A DNA stretch of 64,000 bases from an uncultured bacterium (GCA_963749495.1 CAVVMW010000018.1:256001-320000), one strand, 5' to 3'; positions 42,380-53,055 are shown, counted from the stretch's first letter. Made by a program: numbers and translations. Notes: generated by a model from the sequence alone, not told the origin.

Positions 42380-43099
42380 ATGGCCAATCAAACCACCATC
42401 GTCGAAACCGACGCCGTGAGCGAGCGGCTCGCGATCTACCGCGTGAACGATTCCGGCGTCCCCATTGCCGCCGCCGGCGGCGTCTCAATCACGCTTCCCG
42501 ACGTGGTCGCCGCGATCCCCGCCGGTGATTCCGTCAGCCTCGGTCTGCTCCACTACGCCGACAGCCAATCCGGCACCACCAAAAAGGTCCTCTGCCTTCT
42601 CGGCACCCCCACCGCCGAGCCCAGCCCCGCCTCCGGCGGCAACGGCAGCAACGTCTGGCTCGGCGGCGGGGCCGGCGGCGCCCTCACCATGTTCATCGTG
42701 ACGGCCCTCAACGGCTCCGACCTCCTGACCTGCCGCACCTGGGATGGCAGCGCTATCGGGTCCACCAACGTCACCGTCGCCAAACAGCACCAGGTCCGCC
42801 CCTCCACCACCACCGATTACGTGGACGGCGTCAACCTCTCCTGCACCTACCCATCCGGCTCCGAATCCTTTGCCGGCGGCGGCCAACTCAAAGACAACCA
42901 CCGCACCGTCAGCGACGGCACCAATTCTCAGGCCCAAGTCGTCTATCCCCGCTACCAAACCCGCCTCGAGAACCCGCCCTTCACCATGCAAGCCGTCATC
43001 TTCGCCACCCAACCCATCGGCGGCACCGGCATCTCCGGCGTCACCTGGCTCGAAATCGCCCCCGCCCGCGTCTGGGCCAAATGCTACGTCCAATCATGA
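42380..43099 (+). CDS. phage tail-associated hypothetical protein
   Basis: ORF with phage-region codon usage. Confidence 0.55.
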   Translation: MANQTTIVETDAVSERLAIYRVNDSGVPIAAAGGVSITLPDVVAAIPAGDSVSLGLLHYADSQSGTTKKVLCLLGTPTAEPSPASGGNGSNVWLGGGAGGALTMFIVTALNGSDLLTCRTWDGSAIGSTNVTVAKQHQVRPSTTTDYVDGVNLSCTYPSGSESFAGGGQLKDNHRTVSDGTNSQAQVVYPRYQTRLENPPFTMQAVIFATQPIGGTGISGVTWLEIAPARVWAKCYVQS

Positions 43100-43155
43100 C
43101 CCGCTCTCGCCTTTCGGCTCTCGGCTATTGGCTATTGGTTATCAACTATTGACTT

Positions 43156-43933
43156 ATGGGCAGTTCCCTCATCGTCCCTGGCGCCGTTTTCACCGGCGGT
43201 CCCGGCCTCGCCTCCGACGGCAGCCTCGGCCACCTCGAGGAAACGAACCTCCGCCACCTCATCTGCAACCAGGCCCCGCCCACCCTCCGCTACCGCCATG
43301 CCTGGGCTTACGGCGGCGGCCCCAGCAGCTATTCCGCCTTGAAGAACGCCTTCCTTGCCCAGGACTTCACCGCCGGCTGGCCCAGCGGGAGCTACTACTG
43401 GGTCCCCGGCACTCCAGGCCAATGGTATGACTACGCCACCAGCGCCCCCTACGTCGACCCCGGCTTCACCCTCTACCGCGACCCCGACACCGGCAACGTC
43501 ACCCGCTACGCCGGCATCCAGAACAGCCCCTGGGGCACCATCGCCCAGACCATGATCTATTATCAAGCCCGACGCCCAGGCCGCCTTTGCCTCCGCCAGG
43601 TCCGAATGGGTCACCAACCTCGGCTTCTGTGTCAGCGGCTGGAACACCTGGAGTGGAATGCCCGGCGAAACCGACATCGGGATCGTCCGAGGCCAGGTCG
43701 AAGTCCTCGGCGGCGCCCCCGTCTATTACTTCATCGCCAACGCCCAAGTCACGCCGGGCTCCCCCGCTTCCATCGCCTACGCCTTCGTCCAGGACGGCAT
43801 CCTGGCCCCCGGCGCCTCCATCGAAGCCCCCCTCCCCGCCGCCGCCCCCGGCGGCAGCGTTGTCGAGAACATCAACATCCTCGCCTTCCAACCCTCCTCC
43901 TACAGCGACTGGCTCTCCTCCCTGGGCGGTTGA
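43156..43933 (+). CDS. phage hypothetical protein; apparent frameshift near 43560
   Basis: aromatic-rich ORF continues in the 43658-43933 frame after one extra T. Confidence 0.55.
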
Positions 43934-43951
43934 CGGCGGCTCCGGCGTCCG

Positions 43952-44153
43952 GAGCCGTTGACAAAGTCGTAGCGCAGGTTTCCAAACCTGCTGTATCGCC
44001 GATTTCCAAATCGGCAGGGCGTCGGCATATCGTACGGGCCCGGTTTGCGGACGGCCTGCGGGTTTGGAAACCCGCGATACAGCAGACTTGGAAGTCTGCG
44101 CTACTCTGGCGCCCCTGGCGCACAGGCGCACCGAGCGACTTTGTCAATGGCCC
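43952..44153. mobile_element. MITE-like element enclosing a REP palindrome
   Basis: GAGCCGTTGACAAAGTC / GACTTTGTCAATGGCCC ends; inner GTAGCGCAG..CTGCGCTAC. Confidence 0.7.
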
Positions 44154-44155
44154 TG

Positions 44156-45097
44156 TCACGCCCCCAGGACCGCCGCGTAGCGCAGACCGCGGGTGCTGAT
44201 CCGCAAAGTGTCGAAATGGAACTGGCGCATGATCGCCTCGAAGACCGCCGCACCCGTCAGGATGACGTTGGCGCGGCTTTTCGGGAGGCCGGGGATGAGC
44301 TTGCGCTCCTCCAACGGCAGGCTCCAGAGCCGTTGAGTGTGCCAGGCCAGGCGCGGGGCGCTCAAGCGTGTGGCTTCGAGCCGCTGGCGGTCGAAGGTCT
44401 CGAGCCCCGCTTCCATGCAGCCCAGGATGCTGGCGGTGCCGCCGGCGCCCACCAGGCACAATGGCTCGGCCTGGGCTTCGCGCTGCAATGCCGGCGCCAG
44501 GCGGGGGCGGACTTTCTGGTCGAGGAATTCGTCAAGCCGCCGGCGGCAGGCCGCCAACTCTGCGGGCGTCGGCGGGTTGCTCGGGGGATTGGCCTCGAGC
44601 AGGCGCACGGTGCCGAGCGGGAAGCTCTCCTTGAAATGCTGATGCGCCCGGCGTCCGACGATGAACTCCGTGCTGCCGCCGCCAACGTCCAGCAGGAGCA
44701 AGGGCATCGCCGCCAGCGCCGGGTCGGTGGCCACACCCTGAAACACCCAGTCTGCCTCCTGGTCGCCGGAGATGATCTCGACCCGGAGCCGCGAGGCGCT
44801 TTCGATGGCGGTCTTGAGTTCCAGGGCGTTGGCGGCGTCGCGGGCGGCGCTGGTGGCGATAACGCGAATCGAGGAGGCCCGTTGCTCGAGCGCCTTGGCG
44901 GCAAATTCCGCGACGGCCGCCGCCGTCTTGGCAATCGGTCCGGGCTGGAGCTGGCCCGCCCGGTAGAAGCCCTGGCCGAGCCGCGTCTGCTTGCTCCCCT
45001 CCCACACCGGCCGCACCTGTGCGCCGGCCACCTCGGCCACCAGCAGCTTGACCGAGTTGGTGCCCACATTGATGACCGCTCTGCGCACGCCGTTCAT
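44156..45097 (-). CDS. ppx: Ppx/GppA exopolyphosphatase
   Basis: VGTNSVKLL, ATSAARDA, ISGDQEA, DVGGGSTE, GLRY. Confidence 0.92.
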   Translation of the reverse strand: MNGVRRAVINVGTNSVKLLVAEVAGAQVRPVWEGSKQTRLGQGFYRAGQLQPGPIAKTAAAVAEFAAKALEQRASSIRVIATSAARDAANALELKTAIESASRLRVEIISGDQEADWVFQGVATDPALAAMPLLLLDVGGGSTEFIVGRRAHQHFKESFPLGTVRLLEANPPSNPPTPAELAACRRRLDEFLDQKVRPRLAPALQREAQAEPLCLVGAGGTASILGCMEAGLETFDRQRLEATRLSAPRLAWHTQRLWSLPLEERKLIPGLPKSRANVILTGAAVFEAIMRQFHFDTLRISTRGLRYAAVLGA

Positions 45098-45142
45098 GGG
45101 CCGGGCAGGGTAGGGGAAGCTGCGCCGGGAGCAATGCGGAAG

Positions 45143-45285
45143 TGACGAGGGACGAATGACGAATGACGAATGACGAATGACGAATGACGAATGACGAGGC
45201 GGCGAGAGCCTTCTTCCGTGCCTCGTGTTGTCTTTGTCCCTTTTCGTCATTCGTCATTCGTCATTCGTCATTCGTCATTCCTCAT
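45143..45285. repeat. inverted heptamer arrays (GACGAAT)n / (ATTCGTC)n
   Basis: direct reading; second copy at 51680-51905. Confidence 0.92.
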
Positions 45286-45328
45286 TCCTCACACATAGCT
45301 CTTTGCAAAACCGGGGCGAGAGGCTAAC

Positions 45329-47515
45329 TTGCTGCCGGTCGTGCGATCCGGGATCAAAAGAGACTCGTGGGGGACGGCTCAGTTCATCAACCGCGAATTG
45401 AGCTGGCTGGAGTTCAACCAGCGGGTGCTGGAGGAGGCGCTGGATGCGAGCAACCCGCTGCTGGAGCGGCTGAAGTTCTTCTGCATCGTCAGCTCGAACC
45501 TCGACGAATTCTTCGAGGTGCGCGTGGCGGGGCTCAAGCAGCAGATGGAGAGCGACGTGGTCGAGCGGACGATGGACGGGCTGACCGTGAGCGAGAGCTT
45601 TGGGCAGACCGTCAGGCGTGTGCGCCGGATGGTGGAGCAGCATTACGCCTGCTGGCGCGACGAGCTGTTGCCGGCCCTGGCGCAGGCCGGCATTCGCATC
45701 CTCCACGTCTCCGAACTGGAGCCCGCGGACCTGGCCTGGGTCGAGTCGTATTACCGCGCCCAGGTCCGGCCGGTGCTCACGCCCTTTGCCATCGACCCGG
45801 CCCATCCCTTTCCCCAATTGCTCAACAAGTCGCTCAATCTGATCGTGCGCCTGGAGATGGCCCGGCAAGGCGAGGTGCTCAAGCACATGGCCGTGGTCGA
45901 GATCCCGCGCAACCTCTCGCGGGTGGTCAAGCTGCCGCGCGCCGACGGGCGCCAGGACTATGTGGACCTGGCCCGCCTGATCGGGCATTTCCTGGCCGAC
46001 CTCTTCCCCGGCACGCGCATCATCGGCTACTGGCCGTTCCGGGTCACGCGCAACAGCGAACTCTATATCGACGAGGAGGAGACGGCCAATCTCCTCAAGG
46101 CGGTCGAGAACGAGCTGCACAACCGCCGCAAGGGCGACGCCGTGCGCCTGGAGATCGAGCACGATTGCCCGCCGGTCATCCGGCAGGCCCTGCTGGAGAC
46201 CTTGCGCCTGACCGAGGAGGACCTTTACCCGATTGAGGGCCCGCTCAACCCGGTGCCGCTGATGGCCCTTTACGAGGGCGACCACTCGCCCGAACTGCGC
46301 GACCCGCCTTTCGTGGCCCCGGTGGCATCCCCTCTGCGCAGCCGCCCCGACCTCTTTGCGGCGGTCCGCGAGCGGGACATTTTGCTGCACCACCCTTACG
46401 AGAATTTCAGCAGCGTGGTCGATTTCCTCGAGCAGGCCGCCTCCGACCCCGAGGTGCTCGCCCTCAAGCAGACCCTCTACCGGACCGGTGGCGACCCGCG
46501 CATCATCGGTGCCCTCGAGAGCGCCGTCCGCAACGGCAAACAGGTCACCGCCGTCGTCGAGTTGCGCGCCCGTTTCGATGAGGCCAACAACATCATCTGG
46601 GCCCGCCAACTCGAAGAGGCCGGCGTCCACGTCGTCTATGGCCTGGTCGGTTACAAGATCCACGCCAAGGCCACGTTAGTGGTGCGCCGGGAAGGTTACC
46701 AGATCCGCCGCTACGTCCATCTTTCCAGCGGCAATTACAACCCCGCCACATCCCGCGTCTATACCGACCTGGGCCTGTTGACGTGCCGCCCGGAGCTGGG
46801 CGAGGACGTGACCAACCTCTTCAACCTGCTGACCGGCATCTGCCAGTTCCAGCCGATGCACAAGCTCATCGTCGCCCCCTTCGACCTCCACGAGCGCCTG
46901 CTGCAGCTCATCCAACGGGAGACCGACCATGCGCGGCAGGGCCTGCCCGCGCGCATCGTCGCCAAGATCAACTCCCTGGCCGAGCCGACGGTCATCGCCG
47001 CCCTCTGCGCGGCCTCGCAGGCCGGCGCGCAGGTCGAGTTGATCGTGCGCGGCATCTGCTGCCTGCGGCCCGGCGCCAAGGGCCTCAGCGAGAACATCAC
47101 CGTCCGCAGCATCGTCGACCGCTTCCTGGAGCACAGCCGCATCTACTATTTCGAGAACGCCTGCCAGCCGCAGGTCTTCATTGCAAGCGCCGACTGGCTG
47201 CCGCGCAATTTCTTCGGCCGCATCGAGCTGGTCTTCCCGATCGAGGACGGCCTCCTGCGGGAGCGCATCATCGGCGAACTGCTGGCCGTGTCCCTGCGCG
47301 ACAGGGTCAAGGCGCGCTTCCTGGAGCCTGATGGGACCTATCGGCGCGCGGTGCCGGGGCCGGGCCAGGAACCGCGCCGCAGCCAGGCCGAGTTCATGGC
47401 CCTGGCCTTGGCGGAAGGCCAGCCCCGCTCCAAGCTGGTGGATGGCCAGCGCCGCTATCCGCGCGTCAAATTGGCTCCATCGCCCTTTGCCGCGCGCAAA
47501 CGCGAACGCGGGTAA
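45329..47515 (+). CDS. ppk1: polyphosphate kinase 1
   Basis: FINRELSWLEFN, SNLDEFF, HPFP, LHHPY, ARFDE, KIHAK, RFLEHSR, SADW. Confidence 0.97.
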   Translation: MLPVVRSGIKRDSWGTAQFINRELSWLEFNQRVLEEALDASNPLLERLKFFCIVSSNLDEFFEVRVAGLKQQMESDVVERTMDGLTVSESFGQTVRRVRRMVEQHYACWRDELLPALAQAGIRILHVSELEPADLAWVESYYRAQVRPVLTPFAIDPAHPFPQLLNKSLNLIVRLEMARQGEVLKHMAVVEIPRNLSRVVKLPRADGRQDYVDLARLIGHFLADLFPGTRIIGYWPFRVTRNSELYIDEEETANLLKAVENELHNRRKGDAVRLEIEHDCPPVIRQALLETLRLTEEDLYPIEGPLNPVPLMALYEGDHSPELRDPPFVAPVASPLRSRPDLFAAVRERDILLHHPYENFSSVVDFLEQAASDPEVLALKQTLYRTGGDPRIIGALESAVRNGKQVTAVVELRARFDEANNIIWARQLEEAGVHVVYGLVGYKIHAKATLVVRREGYQIRRYVHLSSGNYNPATSRVYTDLGLLTCRPELGEDVTNLFNLLTGICQFQPMHKLIVAPFDLHERLLQLIQRETDHARQGLPARIVAKINSLAEPTVIAALCAASQAGAQVELIVRGICCLRPGAKGLSENITVRSIVDRFLEHSRIYYFENACQPQVFIASADWLPRNFFGRIELVFPIEDGLLRERIIGELLAVSLRDRVKARFLEPDGTYRRAVPGPGQEPRRSQAEFMALALAEGQPRSKLVDGQRRYPRVKLAPSPFAARKRERG

Positions 47516-47519
47516 TCAG

Positions 47520-47920
47520 TCAGTGAAGGCGCAGACGGAATGCCGGGCAGACCCCTCACCCCGGCCCTCTCCCCTTCCAAAGGGGAGAGGGAGACGCGTC
47601 GGCAGTCTCGGGAGCTTCCGTATTTGAGGTCCATATATACATACGCCGCTTGGTGCTCTCGCTGATGCCCGGCCTGGGTTGGCACGCCCGCGTTCAGGCC
47701 GAAGGCCTGGTTCATGCCAGCCCAGGGCAAGGCCCGCCGGAGCGCAGCGCAGGCGGGCCGCCGCCCTGGGTCCACCGCACATTCTCTATTCTATTGCAGG
47801 CCAACGGCCTGCCTCATAGCGCTCCTGGAGGATGAATCGCGCTTTCAGCGCTCCAGAGGATTATTGGCGGCTGTTCCCAGGGCGTTGCCCTGGGCTGGTA
47901 TGAACGACGCCTTTGGCGTC
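47520..47920. repeat. two REP-like elements
   Basis: CCCCTCACCCCGGCCCTCTCCCC half-site; CCAGCCCAGGGC / GCCCTGGGCTGG pair. Confidence 0.8.
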
Positions 47921-48061
47921 CAGAGCACGGACCGCCGGTTCCATCATGCACCCGAAGAATTCTGTCGTGCGCCCGCCTTTACTGAGGCCTTACGAACGCG
48001 GTTGATCTCCCGTCCCCGGCAAGGTAGTTTGAGGCGGCTGCATGGGAACCACTAGGAAAAG

Positions 48062-49039
48062 ATGGCGGATGTGAAGACCGCAGTTCAAAGCGTCTGCACC
48101 GGCAACGGCCAGGACATTCGTGTTCGATCTGGCCGGCGCCTGCATTGCGCCCTGCCTGCCAGCAGCCTGGGGCAGCTCAAGAAGTCCCTCAAGAGACGGT
48201 GGAAATGCTATCGGAAGCAGTTGAAACGCTGCCAGAAGAAGCTCACCGAGGAGGCCATTCACGATTCGCGGGTCGAGGCCAGGCGCCTGCTCTCGACCCT
48301 CGAATTGCTGGGCGGCTTTCTGGCGCCCGGACGGGTGCGGAAGGTCGAGCGCGCCCTCAAGCGGCACCTGGACACCTTTGATGATTTGCGGGACACGCAG
48401 GTGCAATTGCCCGTTATCCGGAAGATGCAGGTGACCTTTCCGGCGGCCCGGCCCTTTTGTGCCTTCCTTTGCAAGCGCGAGGAGCGCCTGGCCAAGTGTA
48501 CGCGCCTGGCCATCGAGAAGGTCAGAACGCGGCGGCTGGACAAGCTGCTCCGGGACTCTCTCCAGGAGGTGGAGACCCGGCGCAAGCGGTGCCCGGCCCA
48601 GGAGCGGGCCGCCCGGCTGTTGCGCTGCGTGGACCGCGCCTTCGAGCGGACCGACCAGCTCCGCGCCCGCATCGATCCCAGCGACACGCGGACCATTCAT
48701 TGCACTCGCGTGGCCTTCAAGAAGTTCCGCTACATGGTCGAAACGCTGATGGACCTTCTGCCGGCGCCCGACCGCAAGCTGTGCACGGCGATGCACGACT
48801 ACCAGACCCTGATGGGCGACATCCAGGATGCCGAAATGCTCCGGAGCGCCCTCGAGAAATTCCTCCGCAAGCACACCCCCGCCCCCCAGCCGGTCCGGCA
48901 CCTGCGCGAAGAACTGGCCCTGCGCCGCCAGCGGCTCATCGATACTTACATGAGCGCCATGGGCCGCATGCGCGAATTCTGGCCCCTGGAGGGACCGGCC
49001 CGCCCTGCAAAACGCGCAGACCTGGACTCCGCCTCATGA
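48062..49039 (+). CDS. CHAD domain protein
   Basis: IHDSRVEARRL, LRDTQV, IHCTRVAFKKFRY, QTLMGDIQD. Confidence 0.9.
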   Translation: MADVKTAVQSVCTGNGQDIRVRSGRRLHCALPASSLGQLKKSLKRRWKCYRKQLKRCQKKLTEEAIHDSRVEARRLLSTLELLGGFLAPGRVRKVERALKRHLDTFDDLRDTQVQLPVIRKMQVTFPAARPFCAFLCKREERLAKCTRLAIEKVRTRRLDKLLRDSLQEVETRRKRCPAQERAARLLRCVDRAFERTDQLRARIDPSDTRTIHCTRVAFKKFRYMVETLMDLLPAPDRKLCTAMHDYQTLMGDIQDAEMLRSALEKFLRKHTPAPQPVRHLREELALRRQRLIDTYMSAMGRMREFWPLEGPARPAKRADLDSAS

Positions 49040-49539
49040 ACCTCTACCTCCTGCGTCACGGGCTGGCGGCCGAACCGGGCGCCGGCGGCGCTCACACGGA
49101 CGCCGAGCGTCCGCTCACCCCCAAGGGCGAGCGCAAGCTCTGGCGCAGCGCCGAGGCGATGCAAGCCTTGGGCCTGTCCTTCGACCTCATCCTGACCAGC
49201 CCCTGTGTGCGGGCGCGCCAAACGGCCGAGATAGTCGCCCAGGCCGTGGGCGCCCGCAAACGCATCGAACTGACCGGCGCGCTGGCCCCCGGCGCCGGGA
49301 CACGGAAGGTCATCGAGCACCTCGCCCGGCTCGAACCGGCCCCGGAGGACGTCCTGCTCGTCGGCCATGAGCCCGGCATGAGCGAGCTGATCTCGCTCCT
49401 GGTCGCCGGGGACTCCGGCTTGTCGGTCGTGATGAAGAAAGGCGGCCTTTGCAAGCTCTCGGCCGAGTCGCTCCAGGCCGGCCGTTGCGCGGCCCTGGAA
49501 TGGCTCCTCACCCCCAAGCAGATGGCGCTCATGGGCTGA
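49036..49539 (+). CDS. sixA: phosphohistidine phosphatase SixA
   Basis: LYLLRHG, RPLT, TSP..RARQTA, VGHEP. Confidence 0.93.
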   Translation: MNLYLLRHGLAAEPGAGGAHTDAERPLTPKGERKLWRSAEAMQALGLSFDLILTSPCVRARQTAEIVAQAVGARKRIELTGALAPGAGTRKVIEHLARLEPAPEDVLLVGHEPGMSELISLLVAGDSGLSVVMKKGGLCKLSAESLQAGRCAALEWLLTPKQMALMG

Positions 49540-49544
49540 GCGGA

Positions 49545-50425
49545 GTGCCGGAAATTCCCCGCGTGGAGTCCGGCCCCGGCTACCGGCTCGTCAAACTGGC
49601 AAGCGGCGCTTATAGCGTCCATTCGCTTGCCCATCACGAGACGTTTCATCCCGTGGTCGGTCCCGTGGCGGAGGCCCAGGCGCTTTATGTGCGCCAGCTT
49701 GGCCTGGTGGAGCGGCTGCGCTGCCATACCGGCGAATGGGTGATCTGGGACGTTGGCCTGGGCGCGGCCGCCAACCCGCTCACGGTCCTGCGCGCCGCCC
49801 GCGAGGTCCCCGGCGCGGTCCGCCTGGTGAGCTTCGATCACACGCTGGCGCCGCTGGAGTTTGCCCTGGAGCACACGCAATACCTGGCCTACCTCCGGGG
49901 GTTCGAGCCGCATCTGCGGCGCCTGCTCCAGCATGGCCAGGCCGCCTTCACCGAGGGCGCCCTGACCGTCAGGTGGGAGGTCCATGTCGCCGATTTCCCC
50001 ACCTTCCTCACTCAGCCCGCCGCCAAGACCCTCGCCAAGCCGCACACGGTCCTGTTCGATGCCTTTTCCCCGGCCAAGAACCCGGCCATGTGGACCGGGC
50101 CCTTGTTCGCAAATCTCTATGCGCTGCTCGACCCGGAGCGCCCGTGCGCCCTGCCGACCTACTCGCGCAGCACGCTGCTGCGCGTGACGCTGCTGCTGGC
50201 CGGCTTCTGGGTGGGCAAGGGCCACGCCACCGGCCAAAAGGAGGAAACGACCGTGGCGGCCAACACGCCGGCGCTGCTGGGCGAGTTGCTGGATCGGCGC
50301 TGGCTCTCTCGCGCCCGCCGCTCGACCAGCGCCGAGCCGTTGTGGGAACCGAGTTACCGGCAGGCCCGCCTCTCACCGGAGACGTGGGACAAGCTCCAAG
50401 CACCCCACAGTTCGCCATGCGCTAA
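49545..50425 (+). CDS. MnmD/MnmC-like SAM methyltransferase; apparent frameshift near 50403
   Basis: ETFHP, WDVGLGAAAN, FDAFSPAKNPAMW, TYS. Confidence 0.8.
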
Positions 50426-50558
50426 CATTGGCACACTCATGCGGGTCCTGGACCTTCGTCGCAGCCTTTGTCGCGGCCTTTGTCGAATGCGCGGTTTCTC
50501 GACAAAGGGCGCGACAAAGGTTGCGACAAAGGTCCAAAGGGATACGATTCCAGCACTT

Positions 50559-51685
50559 ATGAATCGCCATTGCGCTTGTGCGGGTGCATTGTTGTTTGCG
50601 GCGCTGAGCCTGTTTATGCCGCGTATGTCGAGTGCCCAGACGAACCAAACCGCTGCCGTGCGCTGGCTGAGTGCGGCGCGCGTGGCGCCGCCCTTTGCCG
50701 CGCCGGCGTCGCGGGCGGCCTGGGAGGCGCAACGCCGCAAAGTGAGGGCCCAACTCTGGGAGTTGCTGGGCAAGCTGCCGCCGCGCCCCAGCGTCCCCAG
50801 GGTGCAGACGCTTTCACGTGAAGACCGGGGGGATTACCGGGTCGAGAAGTTCCAGTTCGACAACGGCGCCGGGGCGGTTGTGCCGGGCTATTTGCTCCTG
50901 CCCAGGACGGGGCCTGGCGCGGCTCGGGCACCTGCGATTCTCTATTGCCACTGGCACGGGGGCGAGTATGCCATCGGCAAGGAGGAATTGTTTCAAGCCA
51001 GCCACACGCCGGAGCCGCCCGGGCCGGCGCTGGCCCGGCGCGGGTTTGTGGTCCTGGGCATCGATGCCTATTGCTTCGGCGAGCGCAATGGCCAGGGGCC
51101 GGGCGGGCCGGGCGAGAAGAACGGCGAGGGCGAGCAGAGCGCCAGCAAATTCAACTTGTGGGTTGGGCGCACCCTTTGGGGCATGATCTTGCGCGACGAC
51201 CTCATGGCGCTGGATTACCTGGAGTCGCGCCCCGAGGTGGATGGCCATCGGCTCGGGGTGACCGGCATCAGCATGGGCGCCACACGGTCGTGGTGGCTGA
51301 TGGCCCTGGATGAGCGGCTCAAGACCGGCGTGGCCGTGGCCTGCCTGACCCGCTACCGCAATCTCATCGAGCACGAGGCCCTCCGGGCGCATGGCATCTA
51401 TTACTTTGTGCCCAACCTCCTCAACCACTTCGACACCGAGGCCGTCGTCGCCTTGCTGGCGCCCCGGCCGCGCTCTTCATGACGGGCGACCAGGACTCCG
51501 GCTCCCCGGTGGACGGCATCCACGCCATTGAATCGGCCGTGCGCCCCGTCTATCGCCTGTATGGCCGGGAGCACGAGTTCCAGAGCCTGGTCTATCCCGG
51601 CCTGGGACATGTCTATACGCCGCAGATGTGGGAGCAGACGCTGCGGTGGATGGAAGAGAAGCTCAAGGGGCGCGGGCGCGAATGA
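50559..51685 (+). CDS. secreted alpha/beta hydrolase (dienelactone hydrolase-like); apparent frameshift near 51470
   Basis: signal peptide; GISMG nucleophile elbow; APRP..GDQD..GH. Confidence 0.85.
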
Positions 51686-51905
51686 CGAATGACGAATGAC
51701 GAATGACGAATGACGAAACGAGGCGGCTGACTTCACAGGGGCGTTTTTTGGCAAGGACTCGCTCCACATGATTCTGCCAGCAATGATTCTGCCTGGCAGG
51801 ATTCGGTTTCCCATGATTCTGCTGCCCGCGCCCCTGCCAGTTCCGTATTCGTCATTCGTCATTCGTCATTCGTCATTCGTCATTCGTCATTCGTCATTGC
51901 GTCAT
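51680..51905. repeat. inverted heptamer arrays enclosing ATGATTCTGC repeats
   Basis: the inner motif also occurs at 1448-1530. Confidence 0.9.
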
Positions 51906-51959
51906 TGCGTCCCCGCCCTCTGCCTTGCGCAACCGTCTGCCCCCGCCTAAGCTTGGCCG

Positions 51960-52379
51960 GTGAAACTCTCTGTCAAGAGCGATTATGCCGCGCGGGCGGT
52001 GCTGGGCCTGGCTCGGCATTATGCGGAGGCCAGGGCGCTGCGGGCCGAGGACCTGGCGGCCGAGCAAAGCGTGCCGGCCAATTACCTGGTCCAGATCCTT
52101 ATCGAACTCAAGGCACAAGGCATCGCCCGAAGCGTGCGCGGCAAGGAGGGCGGCTATCAACTGGCGCGGCCACCGGCGCTGATCACGCTGGGCGACATCC
52201 TGCGGGCCGTGCACGGCAGCGTCTTCGACAGCCCCGCCCTCAGCGACCCGGACTGTCCCCCGGAATTGCGCAAGGCCTGGCGCCACCTGCAGCATAGCCT
52301 CGAGGCCGCCGCCGACTCGATCAGCTTCGAGCAATTACTGGAAGAGGGCACCGAGGAGGAGAAGATGTATTACATCTGA
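51960..52379 (+). CDS. Rrf2-family regulator (CymR-like, no Fe-S Cys triad)
   Basis: KSDYAARA, YLVQIL, SVRGKEGGYQLA, MYYI end. Confidence 0.92.
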   Translation: MKLSVKSDYAARAVLGLARHYAEARALRAEDLAAEQSVPANYLVQILIELKAQGIARSVRGKEGGYQLARPPALITLGDILRAVHGSVFDSPALSDPDCPPELRKAWRHLQHSLEAAADSISFEQLLEEGTEEEKMYYI

Positions 52380-52537
52380 CTCCAACCGCGGCGGTTGGGG
52401 TGTTTCTAAATTGGCCAAAGCCGTGGCGGCAACGCTTGGCCCCACGCGCCCCAATGCCGTGTTCGACAGGAGCAAGCCAAATGTGCGCCCGCCGATCCGC
52501 AAGGGTGCGGGACAAAATAGTAACCATTAGACCTGTG

Positions 52538-52712
52538 TATTTCCGCGTATTCCGCGTATTCCGCGGTTCATTCTTCTTCGGAGCTTTGCTAGCCTCACCG
52601 GCGACGAAAACCAATCTTATTTACCATCCAAATTGAGCGCATCGCAGCGGAGCGGGGCCGACACGGTTATGGCAACTGAGGGCAACCGCGGAATACGCGG
52701 AATACGCGGAAA
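52538..52712. repeat. inverted nonamer repeats (TTCCGCGTA)n / (TACGCGGAA)n
   Basis: direct reading. Confidence 0.88.
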
Positions 52713-52892
52713 ACAAAGCCGCCCAGCGATCCCGGGGGAGATTGGCCGGCATTGGGGTAGCCCCATGTCGTCGCGGTTGCACCCGCATAGATACAATCAC
52801 GGAAGGGAAGAAACAACGCCTGCCTTGGTCTCTTCAAGGGAGGTTACTTTTTTGTCCGGCACCCCATTCAGGGGGGCGCAATCGGACACTGC

Positions 52893-52994
52893 CCCCGGAG
52901 CGCGGGCTTTAGCCCGCTTTGCGCGGACGTGGAACCCCTTGGCGCGCCCATTGCACATTGGGCGCCCAAAGCGGGCTAAAGCCCGCGCTCCGGG
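52893..52994. repeat. REP-like palindrome
   Basis: CCCGGAGCGCGGGCTTTAGCCCGCTTT / AAAGCGGGCTAAAGCCCGCGCTCCGGG. Confidence 0.9.
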
Positions 52995-53055
52995 CTGTTC
53001 GGTAGTGCTGATGGGGGGAGTGTCGGCTTGCGCCGCATTCATGGTGGAAGCCCGC

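Larger units (their letters stand above)
21949..43933. mobile_element. cryptic prophage / phage-derived cluster with Mu-like head genes
   Basis: portal, protease-capsid, neck, tail genes in phage order; no recognisable integrase or terminase. Confidence 0.88.

Noticed and set aside
33004..43933. Contractile injection system or R-type tailocin
   Set aside because: No sheath, baseplate J or VgrG-like gene recognised, and head genes are present.
44156..49539. ppx-ppk1-CHAD-sixA as a novel system
   Set aside because: A well-known polyphosphate gene neighbourhood.
49449..51482. Novel methyltransferase-hydrolase fusion
   Set aside because: The join runs through an intergenic repeat and depends on a one-base loss near 50403; the second gene has its own signal peptide.
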